Shown piece by piece: positions 20,285 to 31,575 of a stretch of DNA of 64,000 bases. This DNA comes from an uncultured cyanobacterium (GTDB lineage: Bacteria > Cyanobacteriota > Cyanobacteriia > Cyanobacteriales > Cyanobacteriaceae). The notes beneath the pieces are model-generated. The model was not told the DNA's origin and ran no database searches. It worked only from the letters and a program-made list of their open reading frames with translations. The stretch is taken from NCBI GenBank assembly GCA_963749915.1, contig CAVVOP010000027.1, positions 1 through 64,000 of the forward strand, given 5' to 3'. A program made the position numbers and the translations under genes. Positions within the stretch are counted from its first letter, which is position 1; each line of letters opens with the position of its first letter.

Positions 20285-21829
20285 ATGAATATTACCCTTG
20301 AAGATAAAGAGCATTTTCGAGCCTTACAAAATCAATTAAGAAATTATTGGCAAGAAGGGGATATTTTAGAAAATGATGATCAAGATATTTTAGTAATTCC
20401 TTCCTTTAGTATTAATCAAGAAGTCGGCAAAAAAATAGCGGGTTTTTTACACTATGAAGAAAGGCTTTTATTTTCGTTAATTCGTTTAAGAAATCCCCAT
20501 ACTCGCTTAATTTATATTACCGCTCAACCTTTATCACCTATCATTATTGATTATTATTTACAGTTATTACCGGGGATTCCTTTTTCCCATGCCAGAGAAC
20601 GTCTATTATTATTAACAACCTATGATTCTTCTCAAAAACCATTAACAGAAAAAATATTAGAAAGGCCCCGTTTAATCAATAAAATTAAGAACTTTTTACG
20701 CCCCAACAAAAGTTATATGGTATGTTTTAATTCTACGATTTTAGAGGAGGAATTATCGGTCAAATTAAATATTCCTTTGTTAGCTTCTAGTCCAGAATTA
20801 TTATATTGGGGTTCAAAAGGGGGCAGCCGAGAAATTTTTGCAAAATGTCATATTCTTTATCCTGATGGCAGTCAATTAGTATATAGTATTGATGATTTAA
20901 TAAGAGAAACTGCATTATTATTAGATCGTCAACCACATTTAAACAAAGTAGTTATTAAATTAAATGAAGGTTTTTCAGGAGAAGGTAATGCAGTGTTAGA
21001 TCTTAGTGGTATTTCTGGGTTATTTTCGGCAGATTTCAGTTTAGAAAACAAACAAAATTTAGTTGCTCAAATCATCCATGAAGCCAAACTACAAGGTTTA
21101 GGGGATACATGGGCTACTTTTAGCGATCGCATTCCCGAATTAGGGGTAATTGTAGAGGCTTTTATTGAGGGAGAGGTAAAATTTTCTCCGAGTATGCAGG
21201 GTTATATAACACCTAGTGGAAAAGTAGAAATAATTTCCACCCATGACCAAATTTTAGGGGGAGAAGATGGACAAATTTATCTCGGTTGTATTTTTCCCGC
21301 CCAAGAAGATTATCGTTTACAATTACAAGAATTAGGCTTAAAAGTAGGGTTAGAATTGGCAAAAAAAGGAGCAATGGAAAGATTTTCTGTGGACTTTTTA
21401 GCAGTCAAAGAAAAAAAAGAATGGAAGTTGTATGCCATAGAAATTAACCTAAGAAAAGGGGGCACAACTCACCCATTTATGACTTTAAAATTTCTAACTA
21501 ATGGTAATTATAATTGTCAAGATGGTTTATTTTATAGTCCCGAGGAAAAAGCTAAATATTATATAGCTTCAGATAATTTACAAAAGCCTCAATATCACGG
21601 ATTATTACCCTATGATTTAATGGATATTATCGCTAAACATCATTTACATTTTGACAGTAGCACAAAAACAGGGACAGTGTTTCATTTAATGGGTGCATTA
21701 TCAGAATTTGGCAAAGTTGGCTTAACCAGTATCGGCAATTCTTGGGAACAAGCAGAGGCTATTTATCAAAATGTTGAGAATGTTTTAGATAATGAAACCA
21801 AAGATGGTGGTCCGTCAAGTTTGAATTGA
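20285..21829 (+). CDS. Peptide ligase PGM1-related ATP-grasp protein
   Basis: HYEERLL, KLNEGFSGEGNA, STHDQILGG and EINLRKGGTTHP. Confidence 0.85.
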   Translation: MNITLEDKEHFRALQNQLRNYWQEGDILENDDQDILVIPSFSINQEVGKKIAGFLHYEERLLFSLIRLRNPHTRLIYITAQPLSPIIIDYYLQLLPGIPFSHARERLLLLTTYDSSQKPLTEKILERPRLINKIKNFLRPNKSYMVCFNSTILEEELSVKLNIPLLASSPELLYWGSKGGSREIFAKCHILYPDGSQLVYSIDDLIRETALLLDRQPHLNKVVIKLNEGFSGEGNAVLDLSGISGLFSADFSLENKQNLVAQIIHEAKLQGLGDTWATFSDRIPELGVIVEAFIEGEVKFSPSMQGYITPSGKVEIISTHDQILGGEDGQIYLGCIFPAQEDYRLQLQELGLKVGLELAKKGAMERFSVDFLAVKEKKEWKLYAIEINLRKGGTTHPFMTLKFLTNGNYNCQDGLFYSPEEKAKYYIASDNLQKPQYHGLLPYDLMDIIAKHHLHFDSSTKTGTVFHLMGALSEFGKVGLTSIGNSWEQAEAIYQNVENVLDNETKDGGPSSLN

Positions 21830-21968
21830 GGGATATTCCCAAGGGACTCTCGCCGATCAAAAGGGGAAACAAACCTCAACTGTCGAAAATATTATTTGCT
21901 CTGTTAGGTAATCTGCCGAATGTAGGATAATTACATCAGAAATTATAATTGCCTATTCACTACTCAAT

Positions 21969-22949
21969 TCATTGGCTAGAGGTAATACCTTTTTCTTCCA
22001 AAATGCGAATAAAATACTCCTCTAAAGAATCGCGGCTTAAATTCATACTGATTAATTTACTCTCAGTGGTTTGTAAATGACTTAAAAATCCTTCTACATT
22101 GCCTTGTAATTCTCCACTGATAAAATCATTTTCTGTTTTTATATGGATTAACCACTCTTTAAAATTTTCTTTCTCTCCCCCTTTTACTATTACATGATAA
22201 GTCTCTTTTTTTCCCAGAATTTCATCTAATGAACCGATATTTAATAACTCTCCCTGTGCTAAAATGGCAATGCGATCGCATATTTTTTCCACATCTGACA
22301 GCACATGAGAATTGAAAAAAATAGTTTTGCCTTGTTTCTTAAGAGATAATATAATTTGTCTAACCTGATAACGTCCCATGGGATCCAAACCAGACATAGG
22401 TTCATCAAAAAAGACAATTTCAGGATCGTTTATTAAGGCTTGAGCCATGCCAACTCTCTGCAACATCCCCTTAGAATACCGTCTTAATTGCTTTTTTTGT
22501 GCCGTATTTTTTGCCAATCCTACTAAGTCTAATAAATGTAAAATTTTTTGTGTCTGTTGAGATTTTGGAATTTGAAATAAATCTGCAATAAAACCTAAAA
22601 ATTCCCATGCTGTTAAGAAATCATAATAATAAGCATTTTCTGGTAAATAACCCACTCTTTGTTTAACGCTTTTGTCTCCCAATGGCCTTCCCAGCAATAA
22701 TGCTTTCCCAGAAGTCGCTTGAATAATGCCCAATAAAGTCTTCAATAACGTTGTCTTTCCTGCACCATTAGGTCCTAATAAGCCGAAAGTTTCCCCCTGG
22801 TACACCTTGAGGGTACAATCCTTTAGGGAAGGTACCTTTGTATTCATCCAAAAACCCGTACGATAAATTTTACTTAACTGGTATGTCTCTACTACTGTAG
22901 GTTTCTCTGATGTATCAATGGGAGAAGATATATTTAGACTAGAAGTCAT
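21969..22949 (-). CDS. ABC transporter ATP-binding protein
   Basis: GPNGAGKTT, YSKGMLQR, DEPMSGLD and H-loop. Start placed at MTSSLN. Confidence 0.93.
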   Translation of the reverse strand: MTSSLNISSPIDTSEKPTVVETYQLSKIYRTGFWMNTKVPSLKDCTLKVYQGETFGLLGPNGAGKTTLLKTLLGIIQATSGKALLLGRPLGDKSVKQRVGYLPENAYYYDFLTAWEFLGFIADLFQIPKSQQTQKILHLLDLVGLAKNTAQKKQLRRYSKGMLQRVGMAQALINDPEIVFFDEPMSGLDPMGRYQVRQIILSLKKQGKTIFFNSHVLSDVEKICDRIAILAQGELLNIGSLDEILGKKETYHVIVKGGEKENFKEWLIHIKTENDFISGELQGNVEGFLSHLQTTESKLISMNLSRDSLEEYFIRILEEKGITSSQ

Positions 22950-23038
22950 AGTTATTTTTGCGGGCAAGCAGGAAACACCATTATATAATATATAACAACT
23001 TTTCGACATTTGCTTAACTAATAGACGATTCCCCAGCT

Positions 23039-24295
23039 TCACCAAAGATTCTCTGGCTGAGGTGCAAGATATAAGTTTGAGATAATATGGTGGGCTAGGG
23101 CTAATTTCGTACAAGGTTTAATGACGATTTCTTTACCTTGCGCAGAAATAAATACGGCTTCGTTGGTGTCAGTAGCAAAACCTGCGTTATCCTTATCTAT
23201 GGGATTCGTCACGATCGCATCTAATTTTTTGCGTAGGAGTTTTTCCTTGGCAGGGGTAATAATATCACCAGTTTGGGCGGCAAATCCGATTAATTTTTGG
23301 AAAGGTTGCTTCATTTGTGCTAATTTCGCCACAATATCGTTAACTTGCTCTAATTTTAGGCATTTTGGTAAGGATTGCTTACTTAATTTACTAGAAGAAT
23401 ATTGACTAGGTTTTACATCTGCCACTGCCGCCGCCATGAAAGTTATATCCTCTTGCGGAAAGTTACTTATCATCGCCGATTCCATTTGTTGGGCTGTGGT
23501 GACTGTTATTATCCGAATGGGTGGTAATAATTTTAATAATTCGGGGTTGATATTCCCAGCAACCAGAGTAACGGTAGCACCACGGTAATAACAGGCGTTG
23601 GCTAAGGCTATTCCCATTTTACCAGTAGCTGGATTCCCAATAAAGCGCACTGGATCGAGATATTCCCTCGTGTTTCCGCCACTTATGAGGATTTTTTTTC
23701 CCGTTAAATCCCGTTTTCCTTCACTGTTGATTATCGATTCTATGGCCGTTAAAATTTCTTGAGCTTCTGCCATTCTGCCTTTACCCACGCGATCGCAAGC
23801 CAGTAAACCTGTGTTACTATGTAAAAGATAGTAACGGTTATCTTGATATAACTTTTCCCAATTGTCCTGCACTGATTTTTGCAACCACATTTCTGTGTTC
23901 ATGGCGGGGGCAACAAGAATAGGACATACCGAGGCTAAAACAGTGTTAGTGAGAAGATTATCAGCTAAACCGTGAACTAATTTACCTAAAGTATTAGCGG
24001 TTAAAGGTGCAACAATTATTAAATCTGCCCATTCTCCTAGTTTGATATGTAGAGGACGAGAATGAATAGGCTGCCAAAAATCCCTGTCGGTATAAACCGG
24101 TTTTCGGGCCAGAGTAGATAAAGTTAAAGGTGTAATAAATTTTTCGGCAGATTCGGTAAGGATGACTTCTATATTTGCACCTTGTTGAAATAGTTGGGAG
24201 ATGACTTCACAAATCTTATAAGCTGCAATGCCACCGCCAACACATATTAAAATATTTTTACGTTTAAATGGTAGGATGGCTTCATGATTCGTCAT
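23039..24295 (-). CDS. coaBC: Bifunctional phosphopantothenoylcysteine decarboxylase/ligase
   Basis: [29 protein letters not shown] and GFAAQ. Confidence 0.95.
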   Translation of the reverse strand: MTNHEAILPFKRKNILICVGGGIAAYKICEVISQLFQQGANIEVILTESAEKFITPLTLSTLARKPVYTDRDFWQPIHSRPLHIKLGEWADLIIVAPLTANTLGKLVHGLADNLLTNTVLASVCPILVAPAMNTEMWLQKSVQDNWEKLYQDNRYYLLHSNTGLLACDRVGKGRMAEAQEILTAIESIINSEGKRDLTGKKILISGGNTREYLDPVRFIGNPATGKMGIALANACYYRGATVTLVAGNINPELLKLLPPIRIITVTTAQQMESAMISNFPQEDITFMAAAVADVKPSQYSSSKLSKQSLPKCLKLEQVNDIVAKLAQMKQPFQKLIGFAAQTGDIITPAKEKLLRKKLDAIVTNPIDKDNAGFATDTNEAVFISAQGKEIVIKPCTKLALAHHIISNLYLAPQPENLW

Positions 24296-24494
24296 AAGCC
24301 TCAATATCAAGCAGATAAAAGTACGGTTCCACTAAATCTTGACGATGAAATGCGATCGCTCTTAATAAATGCCAGTCTTGTAAACCTTCAAAGGGTGTAC
24401 TATAATCATCTAATTCCAGTCTAGCCGCAATTTCCGCCACTTGTTCGGCGGTGACCGTGGTATAGTCTTCTTCTTTCAATGTTAAAGTTGTCAT
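24282..24494 (-). CDS. DUF2555 family protein
   Basis: [24 protein letters not shown]; this family is commonly found upstream of cyanobacterial coaBC. Confidence 0.85.
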   Translation of the reverse strand: MTTLTLKEEDYTTVTAEQVAEIAARLELDDYSTPFEGLQDWHLLRAIAFHRQDLVEPYFYLLDIEAYDES

Positions 24495-24669
24495 GGCTTT
24501 ACCTCCCCTTCAGTGGGAGAAATTTATTTTTTACCCCAACCCTATTTTAACTTGATTTGAATTTTTGATTGTTAATAAATATAACGATCAGTTTCTGATT
24601 AATGAATTTAATGACCCTTTTATTAAGGGTGTTAAGGAGATTTTTTCAACAGACCCGACTTATGATCTT

Positions 24670-25323
24670 ATGAGCGATCGCATTTTAGAACCCGAAGTAA
24701 TGGATAATGAGCTAGAAGCCTACGAATATGATCAAATGGATTTCACAGAAGTTAATAGGGATTTTGCCTTATTGGCAAGTAAATTAAGGGGAAAAGAGGC
24801 AAAGGTATTGGATGTTGGCACGGGTACAGCCAGAATCCCTCTTATCCTCAAGGATTTACGCCCACAATGGCACATTACCGCCGTTGATTTAGCTGATTCG
24901 ATGCTTAAGTTAGCGAGTCAAAATATAAAAAAGGCTGGTAAGCAAATTACTTTAACTTTGGTGGATGGCAAAAAAATGCCCTACGATGACAATACTTTTG
25001 ATCTGGTGATGTCCAATAGTTTAGTCCATCATATCCCTAACCCCCCGGATTTATTTTCGGAGATTGATCGAGTAGTTAAGGGTGGTGGCAGCATTTTAAT
25101 AAGAGATTTATTGCGCCCCGAATCCGAGAATGACATGGAAGAAATTGTTAAACAAGCCAATTTAGATTATAACCCCCACCAAAAACAGTTATTCAAAGAT
25201 TCTCTACACGCAGCACTTACTTTGGATGAAATTAAGGAGATGGTATGGCAAATTGGTTGGCACAATGCCCAAGTATATCAATCTTCTTCCCGTCATTGGA
25301 CGTTAACAATGAACAATGAATAA
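24670..25323 (+). CDS. Class I SAM-dependent methyltransferase
   Basis: RILEPEVMD, VLDVGTGTA and SNSLVHH. Start chosen at the ATG at 24670. Confidence 0.88.
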   Translation: MSDRILEPEVMDNELEAYEYDQMDFTEVNRDFALLASKLRGKEAKVLDVGTGTARIPLILKDLRPQWHITAVDLADSMLKLASQNIKKAGKQITLTLVDGKKMPYDDNTFDLVMSNSLVHHIPNPPDLFSEIDRVVKGGGSILIRDLLRPESENDMEEIVKQANLDYNPHQKQLFKDSLHAALTLDEIKEMVWQIGWHNAQVYQSSSRHWTLTMNNE

Positions 25324-25326
25324 CTA

Positions 25327-26067
25327 TCAACTATTTAAGGCTTTTAAGAAACTTTTAATGGAACCAAAAAACCCTAAAGATAGACTAGAATTTTGATTGT
25401 TTTCGTCGTCATTTTCCTCTGATAAAATTCTGTCTAATACTTCTCCTAATGGTTTTTGAGGCACTTCGGTTATTAATTTATAGTTTTCTTCTCCTTCCTT
25501 TTGTTGCCACACTTGCCACAATCCGGGATATGTTCTTAAGACGACCGCGGAATCTAATGGTCTAAAATAATAACAAGATTCTAAAATGCTTAAAAATCGC
25601 TCTCTTAATTGTCGTGCGGCGTAACCAATCCCGACGATGGAAACGTCTTCTAATTGGGGAATTATTAATATTACTGGACGATGGTCAGCAAGGTTACACA
25701 ATCTTTCTACCAAGGAAACTTCTACCGCCGAAGGAGAAACCACTAAAAAAACTTGATCTGTATCACTGATTTTTGTATCAACAGGAGTACGACTACTACC
25801 AATATCCGTTACTTGAAATTCCGTATCTCCCCATTCTCTCCTTGCTAATGCCGCGGCACCTGTATCGGGGAAAAATACTTTTAAGCCTAAGCCGTATTCA
25901 TCCTTAAATAATTGAGCAAATTCAAGGGCTAAATACTGTGCCTTTAAGGCAATTTCGGGGATAACTAAGTCAACAGTAATGCGGTTACAACCGCTATCTA
26001 AAGCGACTTTTACGGCTGATTTTGCTTGAGAAATGCAATCTTCTAAAGTTTGGGGAAGAATGGTCAT
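25327..26067 (-). CDS. DUF1995 family protein
   Basis: FFPDTGAAALARREW and GIGYAARQLRERF. Confidence 0.85.
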   Translation of the reverse strand: MTILPQTLEDCISQAKSAVKVALDSGCNRITVDLVIPEIALKAQYLALEFAQLFKDEYGLGLKVFFPDTGAAALARREWGDTEFQVTDIGSSRTPVDTKISDTDQVFLVVSPSAVEVSLVERLCNLADHRPVILIIPQLEDVSIVGIGYAARQLRERFLSILESCYYFRPLDSAVVLRTYPGLWQVWQQKEGEENYKLITEVPQKPLGEVLDRILSEENDDENNQNSSLSLGFFGSIKSFLKALNS

Positions 26068-26173
26068 AGTTGATAGTTGACAGTTAATTTTTGATTACTT
26101 ATTACGAACTTCTGAACTCGGAACTCAAATGATATAATATCACGTTGGCACTTTAAGAAAAATTGTATCATAA

Positions 26174-27067
26174 ATGACTAAAACAGCATGGATATTCCCT
26201 GGACAAGGTTCACAGGCCCAAGGTATGGGTGTTGATTTACAATATACGGCCATCGCTCAAGCTAAATTCAAACAAGCAGAAAAAATTTTAGGTTGGTCTG
26301 TGTTAGAAATATGTCGGGGTGACGAAGAAACTTTATCCCGCACTCTTTATACTCAACCTTGTCTTTATACCATTGAAACTATTTTAGTAGATTTATTAAA
26401 GGCTGAAGGGAAAAAACCTGATTTGTTGGCAGGTCATAGCTTAGGGGAATATGTAGCCCTTTACGCCGCCGGAGTCTATGATTTTGCCACGGGATTACAG
26501 TTAGTCCAAAAACGAGGGAAGTTAATGGATAAGGCCGAAGGGGGGAAAATGGTCGCTTTAATGAAATTCGACCGAGGGACATTAGAAACTGTCATTTGTA
26601 ACACAGAAAATGTGGTCATTGCCAATGACAATAGTGATGGGCAGGTCGTTATTTCCGGTGAACCTCATGCCGTTGACGTCGTGGTAAGCGAAGTAAAAGC
26701 CAAGCTAGCTGTACCTTTAAATGTTTCTGGTGCTTTTCATTCTCCCTTAATGGCGATGGCCGCTTCAGAATTTGCCCAAGTTTTAGAGGGGGTTAATTTT
26801 TATACTGCGAATATCCCCATTTTAAGCAACATCGATCCCACCCCCACCATTGACGCAGACACCATTAAACAAAGGTTGATTCAACAAATGACAGGGGGGG
26901 TGCGTTGGCGAGAAATAATGTTACAGTTACCTTCGGAGGGCGTAGTGGAAGTTATAGAAGTCGGTCCAGGTAAGGTACTTACAGGACTACTCAAACGTAG
27001 TCATAAAAATTTAAAATTGATAAATATTGATAGTTTGACTAATCTGGAATTGATAGCTAATAATTAA
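26174..27067 (+). CDS. fabD: ACP S-malonyltransferase
   Basis: FPGQGSQ, GHSLGEY, VSGAFHS and EVGPG. Confidence 0.96.
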   Translation: MTKTAWIFPGQGSQAQGMGVDLQYTAIAQAKFKQAEKILGWSVLEICRGDEETLSRTLYTQPCLYTIETILVDLLKAEGKKPDLLAGHSLGEYVALYAAGVYDFATGLQLVQKRGKLMDKAEGGKMVALMKFDRGTLETVICNTENVVIANDNSDGQVVISGEPHAVDVVVSEVKAKLAVPLNVSGAFHSPLMAMAASEFAQVLEGVNFYTANIPILSNIDPTPTIDADTIKQRLIQQMTGGVRWREIMLQLPSEGVVEVIEVGPGKVLTGLLKRSHKNLKLINIDSLTNLELIANN

Positions 27068-27143
27068 TAACTGCTCATTGTTAACTGTCCATTGTTCATT
27101 GTAAAATAACCACTATAAGATTAAATTGTGAAGGATAGATATT

Positions 27144-28442
27144 GTGGCTTTTAAAATCGGTTTATTGGGACTTGGCACTGTAGGAACAGGTACAGCAGAA
27201 ATATTACTAAATCCCGAAGGCAGACATCCTCTTATCCAAGATATAACTATTTCACAGATTGGGGTTAAATCTTTAGAGAAAAAACGCAACCTGGACCTAC
27301 CCCCAGAAATTTTTACAACTGATCTAGAAGCAATTGTCACGAATCCTGATATTGATATTATCGTGGAATTGATTGGCGGTTTAGAACCTGCTAGAAGTTT
27401 GATTTTACAAGCGATCGCTAATGGGAAGCACGTTGTCACAGCAAATAAAGCGGTTATGGCGAGATTCGGTCCGGAAATTTACGCCGCCGCCAATGCTGCA
27501 AAGGTATATGTACTTATTGAGGCGGCTGTGGGTGGTGGTATTCCCATTGTTGAACCGTTAAAACAGTCTTTGGGGGCAAATCGTTTTGAGAATATTATTG
27601 GTATTGTTAATGGTACAACCAATTATATCCTTACTCAAATGACTGAAAACGGTATCGATTTTGCCCATGTTTTAAAAGAAGCTCAAGAATTAGGTTATGC
27701 CGAAGCAGATCCCACTGCAGATGTTGGTGGTTTAGATGCCGCTGATAAAATCGCTATTTTAGCTTCCTTAGCTTTCGGTGGTAAAATTAACCGTGAAGAT
27801 GTTTACTGTGAAGGTATCACCAAAATTACTAGCAGTGATATTAATTACGCCGAAAAATTGGGTTTTGTCATTAAATTATTGGCGATCGCACATAAAGTAC
27901 CGAAAAGCGACCCCGAAATGTTGCAGTTAAGAGTACACCCCACTTTTGTGCCGAAATCTCATCCTTTGGCTAACATTAATGGGGTAAATAATGCCATCTT
28001 AGTGGAAGGACAACCCCTCGGACAAGTAATGTTTTATGGACCCGGTGCTGGTGCTGGTCCCACGGCGAGTGCGGTGGTTGCTGATATCATGAATATTGTG
28101 GGAGTTCTTCATAGTAACAAACAAGCTGAAAGTCTTGATCCTCTCCTCAGTTGTTCTCCTCAAAGTTATTGCCTTATTACCCCCATTGATGATGTTTATA
28201 GCCGTTTTTATGCCCGTTTTCTTTGTGCTGATGTCCCTGGCGTTATTGGTCATTTAGGTATGGCTTTTGGTGAGCATGATGTTAGCTTAGAATCTGTAGT
28301 GCAAATAGGTTTTCAAGGTGATTTTGCCGAGATTGTAGTAGTAACTCATCAGGTGAGAGAAGGTAATTTCCGTCAGGCTATCGAAGAAATCCGCAGTTTG
28401 AATGCTATTAAGAATATTCCCAGTATTATTAGAGTACTTTGA
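27144..28442 (+). CDS. hom: Homoserine dehydrogenase with ACT domain
   Basis: GLGTVG, VTANKA, GIVNGTTN, GYAEADP and GAGAGPTASA. Confidence 0.95.
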   Translation: MAFKIGLLGLGTVGTGTAEILLNPEGRHPLIQDITISQIGVKSLEKKRNLDLPPEIFTTDLEAIVTNPDIDIIVELIGGLEPARSLILQAIANGKHVVTANKAVMARFGPEIYAAANAAKVYVLIEAAVGGGIPIVEPLKQSLGANRFENIIGIVNGTTNYILTQMTENGIDFAHVLKEAQELGYAEADPTADVGGLDAADKIAILASLAFGGKINREDVYCEGITKITSSDINYAEKLGFVIKLLAIAHKVPKSDPEMLQLRVHPTFVPKSHPLANINGVNNAILVEGQPLGQVMFYGPGAGAGPTASAVVADIMNIVGVLHSNKQAESLDPLLSCSPQSYCLITPIDDVYSRFYARFLCADVPGVIGHLGMAFGEHDVSLESVVQIGFQGDFAEIVVVTHQVREGNFRQAIEEIRSLNAIKNIPSIIRVL

Positions 28443-28556
28443 CAATCAATAAATGAACAATAAATAACCACCATTCGCCATTCAGGAAAAGTTTTGAAAA
28501 AGACTTGACGAAGTTGTTGAATTGTTACAATCGAAGAAATTAATCAGAATATAATT

Positions 28557-29369
28557 ATGGAGTGGCATGAGTTTTCCGGCAGTTGGGTTTTAATTCCTGA
28601 CAATCCCCTAGGTATTATTCATTTTTTAGGTGGTGCTTTTGTAGCTACTGCTCCACACGTTACTTATCGTTGGCTATTAGAAAATTTGGCGAAACAAGGA
28701 TATATTGTGATCGCTACTTCTTTTCTTAATACTCTAGATCACAAAGCAATCGCTGTCAATGTTCAAAATCGGTTAGAAAATATCTTGTATCGTCTCGAAT
28801 ATAGAAAAGGAATAGAACTAAGTTACTTACCTATTTACGGATTGGGTCATAGTATGGGCTGTAAATTACACTTATTAATAGGGAGTTTATTTGATATTGA
28901 AAGAGCAGGAAATATTTTCATTTCGTTTAATAACTACCCTTTAAAACAGGCAATTCCTTTTGTTGAAAATGTCATCCCTTCTCTAAAAGATAACTTTAAA
29001 AATTATTGGCAAATAGATAATAATTTACAATTTGAATTTACTCCATGCCCGGAGGAAACAAAAATTATTATTAAAGAAAACTATCAAATTCGTCGCAATT
29101 TATTAGTAAAATTTAACAACGATACTATCGACCAAACCTTGATTTTAAAGCCCATATTAACGGATTTATTTCCAAATATGACTTCATCATTAACTCTACA
29201 AGGTAATCATTTAACTCCCTTAGGGCAGGATATTGATTGGCAACTAGGGGATATTTTCACCCCCATAGATATTATTGGGCAATGGTTCAAGGAGAATTTT
29301 TCGAGGGATTTATACAATTTACACCGAGAAATTTCCCGTTGGCTAAACCCCTTGACAATTAATAATTAA
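28557..29369 (+). CDS. DUF1350 family alpha/beta-hydrolase-like protein
   Basis: HFLGGAF, GHSMGCK and GNHLTP. Confidence 0.87.
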   Translation: MEWHEFSGSWVLIPDNPLGIIHFLGGAFVATAPHVTYRWLLENLAKQGYIVIATSFLNTLDHKAIAVNVQNRLENILYRLEYRKGIELSYLPIYGLGHSMGCKLHLLIGSLFDIERAGNIFISFNNYPLKQAIPFVENVIPSLKDNFKNYWQIDNNLQFEFTPCPEETKIIIKENYQIRRNLLVKFNNDTIDQTLILKPILTDLFPNMTSSLTLQGNHLTPLGQDIDWQLGDIFTPIDIIGQWFKENFSRDLYNLHREISRWLNPLTINN

Positions 29370-29382
29370 CAATTAACAATTA

Positions 29383-30273
29383 TTATGCTTGTAAATCTTG
29401 GATAAGTTCACTTAAATGATCAACATTGGCTTGATAAATTTCACCGCAAAAGTGACAAGTAGCCTCCGCACCACCATCTTTAATAATCATATCCTCTAAT
29501 TCATCCACTCCTAGCATTTTTAAAGCACCTAAAACTCTATTAAATGAGCAACCACAGTCAAAGCGCACCATTTGTACTTCGGGGAAAATATTTAGGCCAA
29601 AATCTCCTAATAAATCTGTGAAAATATTAGATAACGTTTTTCCTTGTCGTAATAAGGGGGTAAAACCTGTTAATTGATTAACACGAGACTCTAAAGTTGC
29701 CACCAAAGTGGTGTCTTCGGCGGCTTTGGGTAATACTTGTAATAAGATTCCCCCAGAAGCACTAACACCCTCTTTACTTACGAAAACCCCCACTAATAAA
29801 GCAGAAGCCGTTTGCTCGGATGTAATTAAATAGTTAGCAATGTCGTCTCCTACTTCTCCAGAAACCAATTCTACAGTACTGGAATAATTGTATCCATAAC
29901 CTACATCCCGAACCACATATAAAAAGCCTTCTTTACCCACGGCACCGCCTACATCCAATTTGCCAATAGCGTTGGGGGGTAATTCTACGGAAGGATTCTC
30001 CACATAACCCCTCACTGTGCCATCTAATCCAGCATCTACCATTAAACCCCTTAAAGGACCATTTCCCTTAATCTTAATGTTAACCCGTGAGCCCTCTCTT
30101 TTCATACTTGAAGCCAATAATAACCCCGATGACATCGCCCTACCTAAGGCAGCGGTGGCTACATAGGATAATTGATGTCTTTCTCTAGCTTCTTGAACTG
30201 CTCTAGTAGTGATAACTCCTACTGCTCTAATTCCTCCATCGGCTGCGGTTGCCCGAATTAATTGATCTGCCAT
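29383..30273 (-). CDS. hslO: Hsp33 redox-regulated chaperone
   Basis: CGCS...CHFC zinc motif and SEQ motif. Start placed at MADQLIRA. Confidence 0.95.
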   Translation of the reverse strand: MADQLIRATAADGGIRAVGVITTRAVQEARERHQLSYVATAALGRAMSSGLLLASSMKREGSRVNIKIKGNGPLRGLMVDAGLDGTVRGYVENPSVELPPNAIGKLDVGGAVGKEGFLYVVRDVGYGYNYSSTVELVSGEVGDDIANYLITSEQTASALLVGVFVSKEGVSASGGILLQVLPKAAEDTTLVATLESRVNQLTGFTPLLRQGKTLSNIFTDLLGDFGLNIFPEVQMVRFDCGCSFNRVLGALKMLGVDELEDMIIKDGGAEATCHFCGEIYQANVDHLSELIQDLQA

Positions 30274-30351
30274 AATTTTCTTTACATTTCTCAACAAACA
30301 CTTATTCCATTATCATCGATTTGTAGGTTAATAATCAATTTATCTCTTTGT

Positions 30352-30659
30352 CTTTAGAATGCCCGATAGAACCAGGTACAAGCATCTAATCCGATGGAAC
30401 AACTGACTCAACTCAGCAAGGCCGCTCAAGAATTCTTTAGCCTTCGATCGTCGGGTAAACATATGATTGGTGGGAATTTGGGGCGACTAGAACATCGGTC
30501 CAGTAGAATGATTCTCAACCAAAGCTCGATGTTTCAGCCCCTTTATTTTTATGGATTATCGACTGAAATGTACAAACTTCAGTAGTGGACCGACTATCTA
30601 GAACCCACCCCTATCCTCAAGCATCGAGCTATAGCTTAAAAACTTGAACATCGAGTAAC
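30352..30659 (+). mobile_element. Transposase 3'-end remnant with a nested mini-insertion
   Basis: The frame GGNLGRLE...LEPTPILKHRAIA* is interrupted by about 100 nt carrying tcggtcca(g/c)ta inverted repeats; ctagaac is duplicated at 30487 and 30598. Confidence 0.5.
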
Positions 30660-30685
30660 AGTAAAATGAAGTAATAAAGTGTTGA

Positions 30686-31501
30686 TTAATCTATTTCAAT
30701 GGAAGTGGGTTGGTTATCGTTACTATCACCACCAAAGTTACTACTGCTAGATTTATCCACCGGTTGACGATAATCGGCATAAAGACGATCGCGCCACTCA
30801 AAAAAGGATTCATAAGCACTATCGTCAGCCAATCCGGGGATGCCTTTACCTTCGACATCGATGGGTATATCGAAATAGGCAACGGGGGGGAATTTGATAA
30901 TAGTCGTTAAAGCCGCTACGGTGAAATCCGCTAAAGTGGGTTGATCCCCCACTAAATAGGGTTGATTTTGCAAAATTAAAGTTAACGCCTCTAAATCACG
31001 TTTTAAGGATTTTTCAGCAGTTTTAAATATATCTGTACCCAAACCAACACCTGTGCTAATAGCGGTTAACACTTCCGAAGGAAAGGCATTAATAAAGGTT
31101 TTGAGAATATCGGGGGTATTTTTGGGTAAAAAGGAACTGCGGAAATTTTGATAATGATTCAATGCACCGACAAAAGCCTTACGTCCTTTCAAGCCTAAAG
31201 ATTCATCTGCCCATTCTTCCATTAATAAACATTGTCCTCTAGCTAATCCGTCAGCAGGAATTAAAGGTTTTTCAGGGTATTTACTATCTAAATATAAAGC
31301 GATTTCTGTAGAATCGGCAATGTAAGTATCACCATCTTTTAACACAGGAACTTGTCTTTGTCCTGAAACCTTAAAAACTTCTAGCTGTCCAATGCCGGGG
31401 GTAACTTCGATTTTTTTATACTCTAATTCCTTATAGTCGAGAATAAACCTAACTTTTTCAGAAAATTGAGATAATTCAAATTGATACAGTTCTAACATCA
31501 A
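30686..31501 (-). CDS. Glutathione S-transferase family protein
   Basis: QVPVL, DSTEIALYL and PTLADF. Confidence 0.92.
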   Translation of the reverse strand: MMLELYQFELSQFSEKVRFILDYKELEYKKIEVTPGIGQLEVFKVSGQRQVPVLKDGDTYIADSTEIALYLDSKYPEKPLIPADGLARGQCLLMEEWADESLGLKGRKAFVGALNHYQNFRSSFLPKNTPDILKTFINAFPSEVLTAISTGVGLGTDIFKTAEKSLKRDLEALTLILQNQPYLVGDQPTLADFTVAALTTIIKFPPVAYFDIPIDVEGKGIPGLADDSAYESFFEWRDRLYADYRQPVDKSSSSNFGGDSNDNQPTSIEID

Positions 31502-31575
31502 CTAACCTCGATCGTTATAAAACTTAACAATTATACTTTAGCCTGTTTTTGGAAAATTATGTTTGTGATAACTTG

